From Rhodothermales bacterium (GTDB lineage: Bacteria > Bacteroidota > Rhodothermia > Rhodothermales > VXPQ01), in NCBI GenBank assembly GCA_040904565.1, contig JBBDTI010000014.1, forward strand, positions 1 through 45,079: DNA of 45,079 nt. The letters run 5' to 3'. How positions within the stretch are numbered: the first letter of the stretch is position 1; each line of letters opens with the position of its first letter. Both the position numbers and the translations under genes were made by a program. Below the pieces are notes generated by a model. It searched no databases, was not told the DNA's origin, and saw only the letters and a program-made list of their open reading frames with translations. Shown piece by piece: positions 1 to 9,673 of the stretch.

Positions 1-47
1 TACGACTCATAATCGTAAGGTCGAGAGTTCGAGTCTCTCCCGCGCCA
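1..47 (+). tRNA. 3' part of tRNA with CAT anticodon (elongator Met or Ile2), 5' end outside window
   Basis: Anticodon arm TACGA-CTCATAA-TCGTA (1-17), T arm GAGAG-TTCGAGT-CTCTC (23-39), acceptor 3' strand CCGCGCC + discriminator A47; CCA not encoded. Lacks the three G-C pairs in the anticodon stem typical of initiator tRNA. Confidence 0.9.
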
Positions 48-138
48 CTTACCTAGACCCTCGCAAAAGCCCTCAGAGAGCCCTTAAACAGGCTTTCTGA
101 GGGCTTTTTTGGTTTTTGGAGGGCGGGTCGGTGAGGTG
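2..138 (+). repeat. Direct repeat copy 1 (tRNA 3' end/att core + terminator region)
   Basis: Ungapped alignment to 24046-24182; 31 bp identical core at 20-50 = 24064-24094. Confidence 0.92.
65..110 (+). terminator. Intrinsic terminator after tRNA
   Basis: AAAAGCCCTCAGAGAGCC / loop CTTAAACA / GGCTTTCTGAGGGCTTTT (one G-U), ending in a T-run. Confidence 0.85.
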
Positions 139-571
139 TCATTACACGGAAACTGTGATTTACACTGCGGCATCGTGTAGGTTAGGCGGCGAACCGGGGC
201 CGCATACTGTCGAGGAGCAGCTTCGCTAGAAGGGGCGTTCCTCGGTGATTCGCGTTCCGCGTGGCCGGGCTGACGAAATCAGTCGGCATCATTTCGGGAT
301 AGCGAGCGATCGCTTCGCAAGAGCCGTGCAAACCGCGGCCGCGATCGTGCGGTAAACCACGCGCGAACCGCTCTCGCAACCCTGCATAGACTGCGATCAG
401 GGTGAATAGCGCGAAGCCCCCCACCAGCAAAAGCGACTCAAGGCGCTTATCCTCCGTCTCACGGGCTGCGTCACCTTTTCTTACGTCGCCAACCTCGTTA
501 CCGGGCTCGGAAAGGAATTCACATACGGCACATTCGTGTCGGAGCCGACGTGGAAACAACGCGGTGTAGCC

Positions 572-599
572 GATCATATCATCATATACAAATATGATC
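572..599 (+). promoter_or_regulatory. Putative ArsR operator (inverted repeat)
   Basis: ATCATAT-N4-ATATGAT (581-598), nested in GATCATAT...ATATGATC, just upstream of the arsR ATG at 617. Confidence 0.65.
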
Positions 600-616
600 A
601 TAGCAGTAGCCGGCGT

Positions 617-967
617 ATGTTCACGTCTCTTCTTACCGGTACCTCCCTCAAAGCCAAGCTGTTCAGAGGATTCGCCGATCCGTCGCGACTCTCGATCGTC
701 GAAGCGCTACGAGGCGGACCGTTGTCGGTCGGCCAGATCGTCGAGGCGACGGGACTCAGTCAGTCGAACACGAGTAACCATCTGAGCTGTCTGGCCGACT
801 GTGGTCTCGTCTCCAGCGAGCGGGACGGCCGATTCGTCAACTACCAGCTTAGCGACCCGCGCGTCGCCGAGCTCGTCACACTGGCGGAGGAACTCCTCGC
901 CGACGTCGCGCACGGCGTTTACGCCTGCACGCGCTACGAGGAGACTTCAAATGGAACGTCCGAATAG
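617..967 (+). CDS. ArsR/SmtB family metalloregulator, CmtR-like (Cd/Pb sensor type)
   Basis: FADPSRLSI..L, SNHLSCLADCGLV (CxxxC in helix 4) and a C-terminal Cys (YACT); start set at ATG 617. Confidence 0.9.
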   Translation: MFTSLLTGTSLKAKLFRGFADPSRLSIVEALRGGPLSVGQIVEATGLSQSNTSNHLSCLADCGLVSSERDGRFVNYQLSDPRVAELVTLAEELLADVAHGVYACTRYEETSNGTSE

Positions 968-1133
968 CCATACGGTCGAGCTGCACGAAGGAGGCATGGA
1001 TTGCGCCGGCTGCGCCCGGAAGGTCCAGCAGACCGTCGCCGAAGTGCCTGGCGTCGAGTCGGATGACGCCCGACTCGCTCCTCCGTTCGCCCGCAAGCAT
1101 TCGGGAGCACGAATACAACGGCGGGGACGTTGA
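951..1133 (+). pseudogene. Truncated HMA domain (likely N-terminus of a deleted heavy-metal ATPase/transporter)
   Basis: GAGGAG RBS, then MERPNSHTVELHEGGMDCAGCARKVQQTVAEVPGVES (GMxCxxC); similarity breaks off near 1075. Confidence 0.75.
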
Positions 1134-1400
1134 GATCCACGGCCGCCGGTCGCACAATGAACCGTCATCGCCCTCCTCTTTCTTTCGACGTGCGATTCGA
1201 CGCCGGGCCTCCCTCCGGTATTCGGACGGTGGTCTTGTTGATCTGATTTCCTCTGCGCATACATCGTATGCGCGTCCGGCGCTGCAGCCTCGTCGCTCGA
1301 GGCGGCGCCGTGCCCATCGCTCCTGCCCGAAGCTAATCAACTGGTAGCCGGGTTCGGCAATCATCCTTCGTCTGCTCACCCCTTGAACATTCCTTGTGCA

Positions 1401-2723
1401 ATGCTACGACACAAGCACCCCGGGCTGCTTCTGCGTCTCGTCCTGACGTTCGCGGCCATCGGCGTCGCGACGAGTGCCTTGGCCCAGGCGCCCGACCTTC
1501 CGCAGCGACTCTCCTTCGAGGAAGCGCGCCAAATCTTCCTCGAGCGGAATCCGGACCTGAAAGCCGCGCGCTACCGCGCCGAACAACACGGACACGAAGC
1601 CTGGATTCCGGCTCTCTGGCCCAATCCATCCTTCTCGATGCAACGAAATCAGACAAGCCCACCCGGCGGCGGCATCAGCAGCGAGAATACCCTCGCCCTC
1701 GAACAGCCGCTGCGGTATCCGGGTGAACACGCCGCCTTGCGCCGGACCGCGGCGAGCCGCACGGATGCCTCCATCCAGATGTTCTCGGAAGAGGCGGCTG
1801 ATCTGTTCGAAGAGCTCCGCAGGCGCTATGCAGCCATCGTCACGGCCGAGAGCCGCTCTGCCGCGCACGAAAGGGCCACGGCTGCGATCCGTCGAGCCGT
1901 CGAGATCGGGGACGTTCGTTATCAGGAGGGTGATATCAGTTCGTTTGAACGTGCGCGGCTTCACATCGCGCTGGCGACGTACGAAGACGCCCTCGAAGGC
2001 GCGCGGAAAGACCGGCGCGACGCCCGCATCGAGCTGGCCTACTTCCTTTCACCTGATCCACATGCGGAGCACCATGCGATGGAAGAGGCGCAGCTTTCAG
2101 CTACGGACTCGCTCGTCTTTAAGCAGCTCGTGCTGGATTACGATCAGCTCGTTGCTCACGCGCTGGACCGCCGTGGTCTTCTTACCGCCACGGAAGCCGA
2201 AGTCGCCGCAAGCGAGCACCAGCTCCGCGCCGCACGCTATGCGCGACTCCCGAATCTCTCCGTAACGGCCGGATATCGAGGCGAGACACGGCCCGGCATC
2301 CTCGCGCCCGGATTCACGATAGGCCTGTCGGTGGGGCTTCCCGTCTGGCACCAGAATCAACCACACATACGCGCCGCGACGGCGGCGGCGAGTGCGGCGA
2401 GCTACGAAATGGCCGAGGCACGGCGCCGCGTAGAGCTGGACGTCCACGATGCCTATGAGCGGCTGCGAAGCTATGAACGAAGAATTGTACGGATCTCTGA
2501 TGACATCCTCGTCGGATCGGACCGGCTCCTGGAGGACGCTCTCTACGTCTATGAAGAGGGTGAGATCGGCCTGGTCGAACTGCTCGATGCCGTCGAAGCG
2601 ACGAGAACTGCTCAGCTGCTCCAGACCGATCTGTTAGCCCAATACAACCTGAGCCGCTACGCGCTGGAACGATCTCTCGGCGTCGACCCGACAGACGCGT
2701 CGCCCCTTGAACCTGCTGATTGA
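1401..2723 (+). CDS. czcC: TolC-family outer membrane efflux protein (CzcC-like)
   Basis: Signal peptide ALA/Q, NPDL, WPNP, LPNL motifs, YEEGEIGLVELLDA; first gene of a CBA operon. Confidence 0.88.
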   Translation: MLRHKHPGLLLRLVLTFAAIGVATSALAQAPDLPQRLSFEEARQIFLERNPDLKAARYRAEQHGHEAWIPALWPNPSFSMQRNQTSPPGGGISSENTLALEQPLRYPGEHAALRRTAASRTDASIQMFSEEAADLFEELRRRYAAIVTAESRSAAHERATAAIRRAVEIGDVRYQEGDISSFERARLHIALATYEDALEGARKDRRDARIELAYFLSPDPHAEHHAMEEAQLSATDSLVFKQLVLDYDQLVAHALDRRGLLTATEAEVAASEHQLRAARYARLPNLSVTAGYRGETRPGILAPGFTIGLSVGLPVWHQNQPHIRAATAAASAASYEMAEARRRVELDVHDAYERLRSYERRIVRISDDILVGSDRLLEDALYVYEEGEIGLVELLDAVEATRTAQLLQTDLLAQYNLSRYALERSLGVDPTDASPLEPAD

Positions 2724-2741
2724 ATTTATCTCCTTCCCGTC

Positions 2742-3920
2742 ATGAACTTTCTGCATTTTGCGACAATACAACGGCACGCGTCCGTCTCGTGCCTCCTATT
2801 GACGGCAGCCTTCCCGCTCATTCTCGCCGGATGCGGTGCCGGCGGAGAGCCGCCCGGCGAACTTCACGAGACGCACGATGACCATGCCGGAGAGCACGCC
2901 GACGAAGGGCGCACCGAAATCGTCCTCGCGGCGGCGTCACTGGAGTCGGTGAACGTCGAAACGGTTGAGGTTCGCGAGGCGCCCGTAGGCTCCCCGCTGG
3001 AGTATCCAGGCCGCGTCGTGCCCGTTTCGGATCAGGAGGCAATGGTAACGGCGCTCATCTCCGGCCGTGTCGATCAGATATTCATAAATGAAGGCGACCG
3101 CGTCCGGAAGGGACAGGCTGTCGCCGTCGTGAACGGTCCGGAGCTGGGCGATCTCGTTGCCGAGCTCCGCCACGCGCAGGCCGACCTGGACCGCCAGCAG
3201 CGTCTCTCGGAGCGCGGGGTCGGGATCGAAAAGCATCTCATCGAGGCGCGAACGTCGTTAGCGGCAGCCCGCCAGCACCTTCGATCGATCGGTTTAAGCC
3301 CGCAAGAGATCGATGAGATCGCGACGGGTACGGACGACGTAATCGGCGTTCCGCTCCGCGCACCGATCACCGGGCTCATCCTGAGCCGGAACGCGACGCT
3401 CGGCGGGCCGGTCTCGCCCGGTGACGTCCTCTTCGTAATGGCGGACCTGGCGCCGATCTGGATCGAGGCGGATGTCTACGAACGCGACTTGCCGCTCGTC
3501 AGCCCAGGTATGGACGTTCAGGTCCGCCCCGTTTCCGGCGGAGATCAGAGCCACCTCGGTACGATTCGCCAGATCATGCCGAATGTAGATCGTGAACGGC
3601 GCGTTTCGACGGTTCGGATTCAGCTCCCGAATGAGGGCGAGGCCTTGAAGCCGGGCATGTATGCGACCGTATCCGTCATGACTGCCGGGGAAGTCCTGCC
3701 GTCGCTCCCCGTCGACGCTATCCTAACGGACGGAACGCAGTCGTATGTGATCGTCGCGGACAATGACTCAACGTTCAGACGCATCGACGTGCGAGCCTCG
3801 GCGGATGCCGCCGGCACGGTGGCCGTTCCGGAGCTGCCCGTCGGCACGCGCGTCGTCACGACGGGTGCCTTCCAGATCCACAGCGCCATGCAGGGCGTCG
3901 AAGCCGGCCACGCACACTGA
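2742..3920 (+). CDS. czcB: RND periplasmic adaptor (CzcB-like), lipoprotein with His-rich linker
   Basis: LAGC lipobox, HETHDDHAGEH, lipoyl motifs (EGDRVRKGQ, LRAPITG), LKPGMY, C-terminal GHAH. Confidence 0.9.
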   Translation: MNFLHFATIQRHASVSCLLLTAAFPLILAGCGAGGEPPGELHETHDDHAGEHADEGRTEIVLAAASLESVNVETVEVREAPVGSPLEYPGRVVPVSDQEAMVTALISGRVDQIFINEGDRVRKGQAVAVVNGPELGDLVAELRHAQADLDRQQRLSERGVGIEKHLIEARTSLAAARQHLRSIGLSPQEIDEIATGTDDVIGVPLRAPITGLILSRNATLGGPVSPGDVLFVMADLAPIWIEADVYERDLPLVSPGMDVQVRPVSGGDQSHLGTIRQIMPNVDRERRVSTVRIQLPNEGEALKPGMYATVSVMTAGEVLPSLPVDAILTDGTQSYVIVADNDSTFRRIDVRASADAAGTVAVPELPVGTRVVTTGAFQIHSAMQGVEAGHAH

Positions 3921-3937
3921 GCCCATCTCTTTAGACT

Positions 3938-6900
3938 ATGATCGATAAGCTTATCTCTTTCGCCGTAGAGCAGCGGCTGCTGGTCATTCTACTGTTGGTT
4001 GCCCTGGCCGGTTGGGGCGTGTACAGCGTTCGGGAGGTGCCGATCGACGCCTTTCCCGACGTGACGAACAACCAGGTCCAGATCATGACCAAGGTGTCCG
4101 GCATGTCGCCGATCGAGGTCGAAAAGCTGGTCACCTATCCGGTCGAGGTCGCAATGGCCAGCCTGCCCAACATCGTGGAGAACCGCTCCATCAGCCAGTT
4201 CGGCCTCAGTGTCGTCACCATCGTATTCGAGGACGCCGTCGACGTCTATTTTGCCCGCCAGCTGGTTTTCGAGCGCCTGAGCGAGGTTCGCGACGAGCTT
4301 CCAGCCGGAGCCGAGCCCAATCTCGGTCCCCTCTCCACGGGCCTGAGCGAGATCTACCAGTACACGCTCCGCGATGCGCCCGGCGACGAATACGAGTATT
4401 CCAACATGGAGTTGCGCGAGCTTCAGGACTGGATCCTCGCGCCCGAGCTCCGGACCGTGCCCGGCGTGATCGAGGTGAACTCGCTCGGCGGTTACGTGAA
4501 GCAGTACCACGCCCTTATCGATCCGAACGCCCTCGTCAATTACGGCATCACGCTCGAAGACGTGTACCGAGCGCTTGAGGAGAGCAATCAGAACGTCGGT
4601 GGACAGTACATCGAGCGCGGCGACGAGCAGTTTCTCGTGCGCGGACTGGGTCTGCTGGGCACGGAGACGGACGTGATCGGCGATCTCGAGCAGACGGTCA
4701 TCACGAGCCATGACGGCACGCCGGTCCTCATCGGCGACATCGGCCGCGTCGGAATCGAGCCGGCGGTCCGCTTCGGAGGCGCCACGGCGAACGGAGAGGG
4801 TGAGACGGTCGTCGGCGTCGTGCTCATGCTAAAAGGTGCGAACGCGGATCAGGTGGTTGAAGGAGTCGAGAACAGGTTGGCGACGGTTCGTGCGGCGCTG
4901 CCGCCCGGCGTCGAAGTCGACGTGTTTTATGATCGGACGGAGCTCACCAGGGCCGCCGTCGGCACGGTGACGTCGAGCCTGCTTATCGGCGCACTCCTGG
5001 TCGTCATCGTGCTTTTCGCTTTCCTCGGCGACTGGCGGTCGGCGCTGATCGTGAGCCTCGTGCTTCCGATGACGGCGCTGATCACGTTCATCCTGATGGA
5101 TCATTTCGGCTTCAGTGCCAATCTCATGTCGCTGGGCGGCCTCGCCGTCGGTCTAGGCATGCTGGTGGATGGTGCCATCGTTATGGTCGAAAACGTCTAC
5201 CGGCTGCGTGCCGAGGAGCCGGCCGCGCCGGTTGCCTCCGTCGTGCTCCGTGCCGGCCGTGAGGTGGGCCGGCCCATAGCCTTTGCCGTCGGGGTCGTCA
5301 TCGCGGTGTTTCTTCCCCTCTTCACGCTGCAGGACCTGGAGGGGCGGATGTTTCGGCCGCTCGCCTTCACGGTCAGCTTCGCACTCGTTGCCGCCCTCTT
5401 CCTGGCACTGACGATGGCACCCTCGCTCTCGACCTTCTTACCGGCACGGCGGCGCCGATCCTCCGCGAGTAATGACGCGGACGATTCCTCAAGTGAAGAA
5501 ACCGAGCGGAATCCGCTCGTACGTCTAAGCAAGCGCTTGTATCAATCCGTACTTGGCGCCGCTCTGCGGCACCGGCGAGCGACGGTAATCGCGGCCGGTT
5601 TCACAGTGGCTGCCGGCCTGGCCGTCTTTCCGTTTCTCGGCACGGAGTTCGTTCCCCAGCTCGAGGAAGGTTCGGTGGCAATTCTGCTTTCGCGGAAGCC
5701 GTCGGTCTCACTCGACGCCAGCCTGCGCATCAGCGGCGAGGTGGAACGTGCCCTTATGGAATTCCCGGAAGTAGAGAAGGTCGTCACGAAAACGGGCCGT
5801 CCCGAGGTCGCAACGGATCCGATGGGGCCGGAGACGTCGGACGTGATCGTCACACTGGCACCGCGCGATACGTGGCGATTCGACTCCAAAGAGGAGCTCG
5901 TCAACGCGATGCGAGAGCGCGTCGAGCAGATACCAGGCGTAGGCGCCAATTTCACCCAGCCAATCGCGCTCCGTGTCGACGAACTGATCAGTGGCGTGAA
6001 GAGCCAGGTGGCGGCGAAGATCTACGGTCCGGACATGGACGTCCTGGCTAGGCTCGGTGATGAGGTCGCTGATGTCATCCGCTCCGTAGAAGGTGCCGCG
6101 GATGTGAAGGCCGAACAGACGACGGGGCTCGGCTATCTTCAGGTGAAGATAGACCGGCAAAGGGCGGCTCGTTACGGTTTAACGGTGGGAGCCATCCAGG
6201 ACGTCGTACAGACGGCGATCGGCGGTAAAACGGCTACTGAAGTGCTCGAGGGCGATCGCCGCTTCGCCGTCGTCGCCCGCTATCAGGAGCCGTACCGCAA
6301 CTCTCCTCATGCCGTCCGAAGCATCCGCCTTGCAGCGCCGGCCGGCCAGGTCGTCCGGCTGGGTGACGTAGCGGACGTGCGCATCGACCAGGGACCGGCT
6401 CAGGTGAGTCGCGAGGAAAGCAAGCGCCGGCTTACGGTCGAGTCGAACGTGACCGGCCGCGACATCGGATCCTTCGTTGAAGAGGCGCGGACCGCCATTG
6501 CCCGCGACGTCGACTTTCCCGCCGGCTACTATGTGGATTGGGGCGGGCAGTTCGAGAACCAGCAGCGAGCGCAGCGTCGGCTGAGCGTCATCGTCCCCAT
6601 CACGCTTGCGATAATCTTTGTCCTGTTGTTTATGACATTCGGCTCGATGAAACAGGCGCTCCTCGTCCTGCTAAACATCCCCGTCTCACTCGTCGGAGGC
6701 GTGCTCATTCTCTGGGCAACCGGACTCTACATGAGCGTGCCGGCAACGGTAGGATTCATCGCGCTGCTCGGCATCGCCGTGCAGAACGGCATCGTAATGA
6801 TCACGTTCATCAATGACCTTCGCCGTCAGGGTCGAGGAGTTGTCGAAGCCGTTCACGAGGGCGCGATGCTCCGGCTTCGACCTATTCTCATGACCGGCGC

Positions 6901-7111
6901 CACGACCCTCCTCGGCCTGTTGCCGCTGCTATTTGCGACGGGGCTGGGCTCTGAAGTACAGCGTCCGCTCGCCGCCGTCGTCGTCGGCGGATTATTTACG
7001 GCCGTGGGATCCACGCTGCTGCTCCTTCCCGTGCTCTACGGGTGGTTCGATGTTCCGTTAGCAGAGGAGAAACGCGTCACACCGCATAAGACTGCTCACG
7101 CGCTTCCTTGA
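3938..7111 (+). CDS. czcA: CusA/CzcA family heavy-metal RND permease
   Basis: 1057 aa; PIDAFPDVT, LVDGAIVMVEN, WGGQFENQQRA, RLRPILMT, EVQRPLA. Confidence 0.95.
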   Translation: MIDKLISFAVEQRLLVILLLVALAGWGVYSVREVPIDAFPDVTNNQVQIMTKVSGMSPIEVEKLVTYPVEVAMASLPNIVENRSISQFGLSVVTIVFEDAVDVYFARQLVFERLSEVRDELPAGAEPNLGPLSTGLSEIYQYTLRDAPGDEYEYSNMELRELQDWILAPELRTVPGVIEVNSLGGYVKQYHALIDPNALVNYGITLEDVYRALEESNQNVGGQYIERGDEQFLVRGLGLLGTETDVIGDLEQTVITSHDGTPVLIGDIGRVGIEPAVRFGGATANGEGETVVGVVLMLKGANADQVVEGVENRLATVRAALPPGVEVDVFYDRTELTRAAVGTVTSSLLIGALLVVIVLFAFLGDWRSALIVSLVLPMTALITFILMDHFGFSANLMSLGGLAVGLGMLVDGAIVMVENVYRLRAEEPAAPVASVVLRAGREVGRPIAFAVGVVIAVFLPLFTLQDLEGRMFRPLAFTVSFALVAALFLALTMAPSLSTFLPARRRRSSASNDADDSSSEETERNPLVRLSKRLYQSVLGAALRHRRATVIAAGFTVAAGLAVFPFLGTEFVPQLEEGSVAILLSRKPSVSLDASLRISGEVERALMEFPEVEKVVTKTGRPEVATDPMGPETSDVIVTLAPRDTWRFDSKEELVNAMRERVEQIPGVGANFTQPIALRVDELISGVKSQVAAKIYGPDMDVLARLGDEVADVIRSVEGAADVKAEQTTGLGYLQVKIDRQRAARYGLTVGAIQDVVQTAIGGKTATEVLEGDRRFAVVARYQEPYRNSPHAVRSIRLAAPAGQVVRLGDVADVRIDQGPAQVSREESKRRLTVESNVTGRDIGSFVEEARTAIARDVDFPAGYYVDWGGQFENQQRAQRRLSVIVPITLAIIFVLLFMTFGSMKQALLVLLNIPVSLVGGVLILWATGLYMSVPATVGFIALLGIAVQNGIVMITFINDLRRQGRGVVEAVHEGAMLRLRPILMTGATTLLGLLPLLFATGLGSEVQRPLAAVVVGGLFTAVGSTLLLLPVLYGWFDVPLAEEKRVTPHKTAHALP

Positions 7112-7146
7112 AGCCCCTCCTTATTGGAATCCAAGACGATTAGCAG

Positions 7147-8502
7147 ATGCCAAACAACTATGACCTAGTGGTAGTCGGAACCGGGGCCCGAGGCAGCCCG
7201 GCCGCCTTCAAGTGCGTGAATGCCGGATGGAATGTGGCGGTCGTCGATGCCCGCCCGTACGGCGGAACGTGCGCGCTCCGCGGCTGCGATCCCAAGAAGG
7301 TGCTCGTTGGGGGCGCGCAGCCGGTCGATTGGTCGCGGCGCATGCGCGGCCACGGAGTTACGGGCGACGTATCGATCCGCTGGTCCGATCTGATGGCCTT
7401 CAAACGGACGTTTACCGATCCCGTACCTGAACAGCGCCGCAAGAGCTTCGAAAAAGCAGGCATCGACACGTATCATGGCCGCGCCCGCTTTGTCGACGAA
7501 GATACGCTCGCCGTCGGCGAGGAGCACCTGCGAGCACGGCACGTCCTACTTGCCAACGGCGCGAAGCCGGCACCGCTTCCATTCGAGGGGGCGGATCTCC
7601 TCACAACGAGTACGGATTTTCTCGAGCTGGACGAGCTGCCCGATCGGCTCGTCTTCGTGGGTGGCGGTTTCATTTCCATGGAGTTCGCCCACATTGCGCT
7701 GCGAGCAGGAGCGCAGGTCACGATCATCGAGTTCCTGAAGAGGCCACTCGGTGGTTTCGATCCCGATCTCGTCGACCGGCTTGTCGATGCGACGCGAGAG
7801 CTCGGTGCGGATATCCGGCTGGGTACGAAGGTGAATCGCATCGAGCGTGCGAAAAGGGGCTTCCGCGTATTCGCCGAGTCGAACTGAGACGCGTACACCT
7901 TCGAAGCCGACCTGGCGCTGCACGGAGCCGGACGCGTGCCGGAACTCGACGACATGGAACTCGAACGCGGCGGTGTCGAACGGAGCGAGGGCGGCGTGAC
8001 CGTGAACGAATATCTTCAGAGCGTGAGCAATCCGCGCGTGTACGCGGCCGGCGATGCGGCGGATACGGCCGGCATGCCGCTAACTCCCGTCGCGGCCATG
8101 GAATCGCGCGTCGCGGCATCGAATCTGCTCGACGGCAACCACCGGAGGCCGGACTATCGCGGCGTGCCGGCCGTCATCTTTACGGAGCCGCCGCTCGGGC
8201 TGGCCGGCCTGACGGAGGGCCAGGCCAAAGACCAGGGCTATGATGTCGAGGTGAAGCGAGGCGATATGCTGAACTGGTACACGTACTGACGTGTACGTGC
8301 CCGGACGGCCACCTACAAGGTGCTCATCGATCGGGATCGGGATGTCGTCATCGGTGCGCACCTGCTCGGCCCGGGGACTGACGAGCTGATCAACCTCTTT
8401 GCCCTGGCGATCCGCTTCGAAATCCCGACTCGCGAATTGATGCGGACGATCTTTGCGTATCCGACGCACGGATCCGACCTGGCATATATGCTCGGCGGGT
8501 GA
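7147..8502 (+). pseudogene. Class I pyridine nucleotide-disulfide oxidoreductase (glutathione/mercuric reductase-like) with two in-frame TGA stops
   Basis: ORFs at 7147, 7936 and 8320 share one frame; GGTCALRGCDPKK, VGGGFISMEFA, VYAAGD, AYPT; stops at 7885-7887 and 8287-8289. Confidence 0.85.
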
Positions 8503-8600
8503 GGCGAAGGAGTCTAGCCGTGATGCGAACTGCGCCGAGCCGGCGACCGAGCGTCACTGGACCAGACCATCCGCCATTGGAACTCCTTCCATAGCACTTG

Positions 8601-8618
8601 GTTTGATGGATATCAAAC
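8601..8618 (+). promoter_or_regulatory. Putative operator GTTTGAT-N4-ATCAAAC
   Basis: Perfect 7-4-7 inverted repeat upstream of the membrane protein-arsR pair; related site at 12473-12490. Confidence 0.6.
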
Positions 8619-8644
8619 TATTTAGCAGAACAAGGAGGCGGTAC

Positions 8645-9106
8645 ATGGCGACAGATCGAACGGCCCATTCAGCTCTCACCCATTCTTCGCACCGCATCGC
8701 CGCCGGCTTCGGCTGGGGCGTCGTGGCGACGATTGCAATGTCGATCCTGATGATCATCGGTGTCAGGACCGGCATTGCACCCATGCCAAAACCCATTCCC
8801 GCTGCCATTGTCGGCAAATTGCTGGGCGGCGGACCGAAAGCCCTCGTCATGATTCTGGCGATCGTCTCGCATATTGCCTATGGCGGATTCTGGGGCGCCG
8901 TGCTCGCCCGTTTTGCCTCTCCGGTGACGATAGGAAAAGGTCTAGGACTGGGTGTTATCCTCTGGCTCATCATGCAGCTTGTCGTGCTCCCGTTCCTCGG
9001 TTGGGGCTTGTTCGGCAGTGCCGTAACGCTGAAAATAGCCGGAGCCACGTTGCTGCTCCACCTCGTCTATGGTGCGGTCCTCGGCGCTCTCATCGACCGG
9101 AAGTGA
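8645..9106 (+). CDS. Four-TM membrane protein (DUF6789/DUF2938-like)
   Basis: AGGAGG RBS; hydrophobic segments with GVVATIAMS, HIAYGGFWG, HLVYGAVLG. Confidence 0.75.
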   Translation: MATDRTAHSALTHSSHRIAAGFGWGVVATIAMSILMIIGVRTGIAPMPKPIPAAIVGKLLGGGPKALVMILAIVSHIAYGGFWGAVLARFASPVTIGKGLGLGVILWLIMQLVVLPFLGWGLFGSAVTLKIAGATLLLHLVYGAVLGALIDRK

Positions 9107-9112
9107 ATTAAG

Positions 9113-9481
9113 ATGATGGAATTGGACGTAATCAACGCACCGGGTCCGGAGGCGGACAACCGGCTCAGTGATGCATTTAGCGCACTCGGCCATCCGCACC
9201 GGCTGACGATCATGCGTCGCCTTCTCGAGCATGCACTATCCTGCTGCGAGGCCGACCGGCCGGAGGACTGTACCCTCGATCCCACGTGCTGCAACTTCGG
9301 AGATTTCGTGGATGAGTTGGAGATCAACAAGGCGACCGTCTCCCATCACCTTAAGGCGTTGGAGCAGGCCGGGCTCATCGAGCGCATCCGCGAAGGGCGA
9401 CGCGTGTTCGTACGGGCCAACCTTGACCGGCTCGATTCACTGCGGCAGTTCCTCGATCCTCATCTGCATACGGTCGGGTGA
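9113..9481 (+). CDS. ArsR/SmtB family regulator with Cys-rich insertion
   Basis: FSALGHPHRLTI, ATVSHHLKALEQAGLI, REGR; SCC-x6-C-x5-CC segment before the HTH. Confidence 0.88.
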   Translation: MMELDVINAPGPEADNRLSDAFSALGHPHRLTIMRRLLEHALSCCEADRPEDCTLDPTCCNFGDFVDELEINKATVSHHLKALEQAGLIERIREGRRVFVRANLDRLDSLRQFLDPHLHTVG

Positions 9482-9492
9482 CGCGCTGTAGC

Positions 9493-9639
9493 ATGATATT
9501 ACCATCCGGCTTGCCGTCCTTCGCATACCTCGGCTGGGGCCTCTTGGGTAGTGCACGTACATCGAAGATCGCCACGGCCACGCTCATCCTCCGCCAAGTC
9601 TTCGGCCTCGTTCTGGGAGGCCTCCTAGACCGGAGCTAA
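9493..9639 (+). pseudogene. 48-aa remnant paralogous to the C-terminus of 8645-9106
   Basis: My translation MILPSGLPSFAYLGWGLLGSARTSKIATATLILRQVFGLVLGGLLDRS vs FLGWGLFGSAVTLKIAGATLLLHLVYGAVLGALIDRK. Confidence 0.75.
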
Positions 9640-9673
9640 TCGCGATTGTGCCATACGAAAGAGGTCAAATACC

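Noticed and set aside
182-601. 139-aa minus-strand ORF next to the att site as a possible integrase remnant
   Set aside because: No tyrosine- or serine-recombinase motifs recognised; it overlaps the arsR promoter; no family evident.
7885-8289. Alternative genetic code or selenocysteine readthrough
   Set aside because: Many intact neighbouring genes end in TGA, the redox CxxxxC is encoded by normal Cys codons, and both stops are one substitution from plausible Gly/Arg codons.
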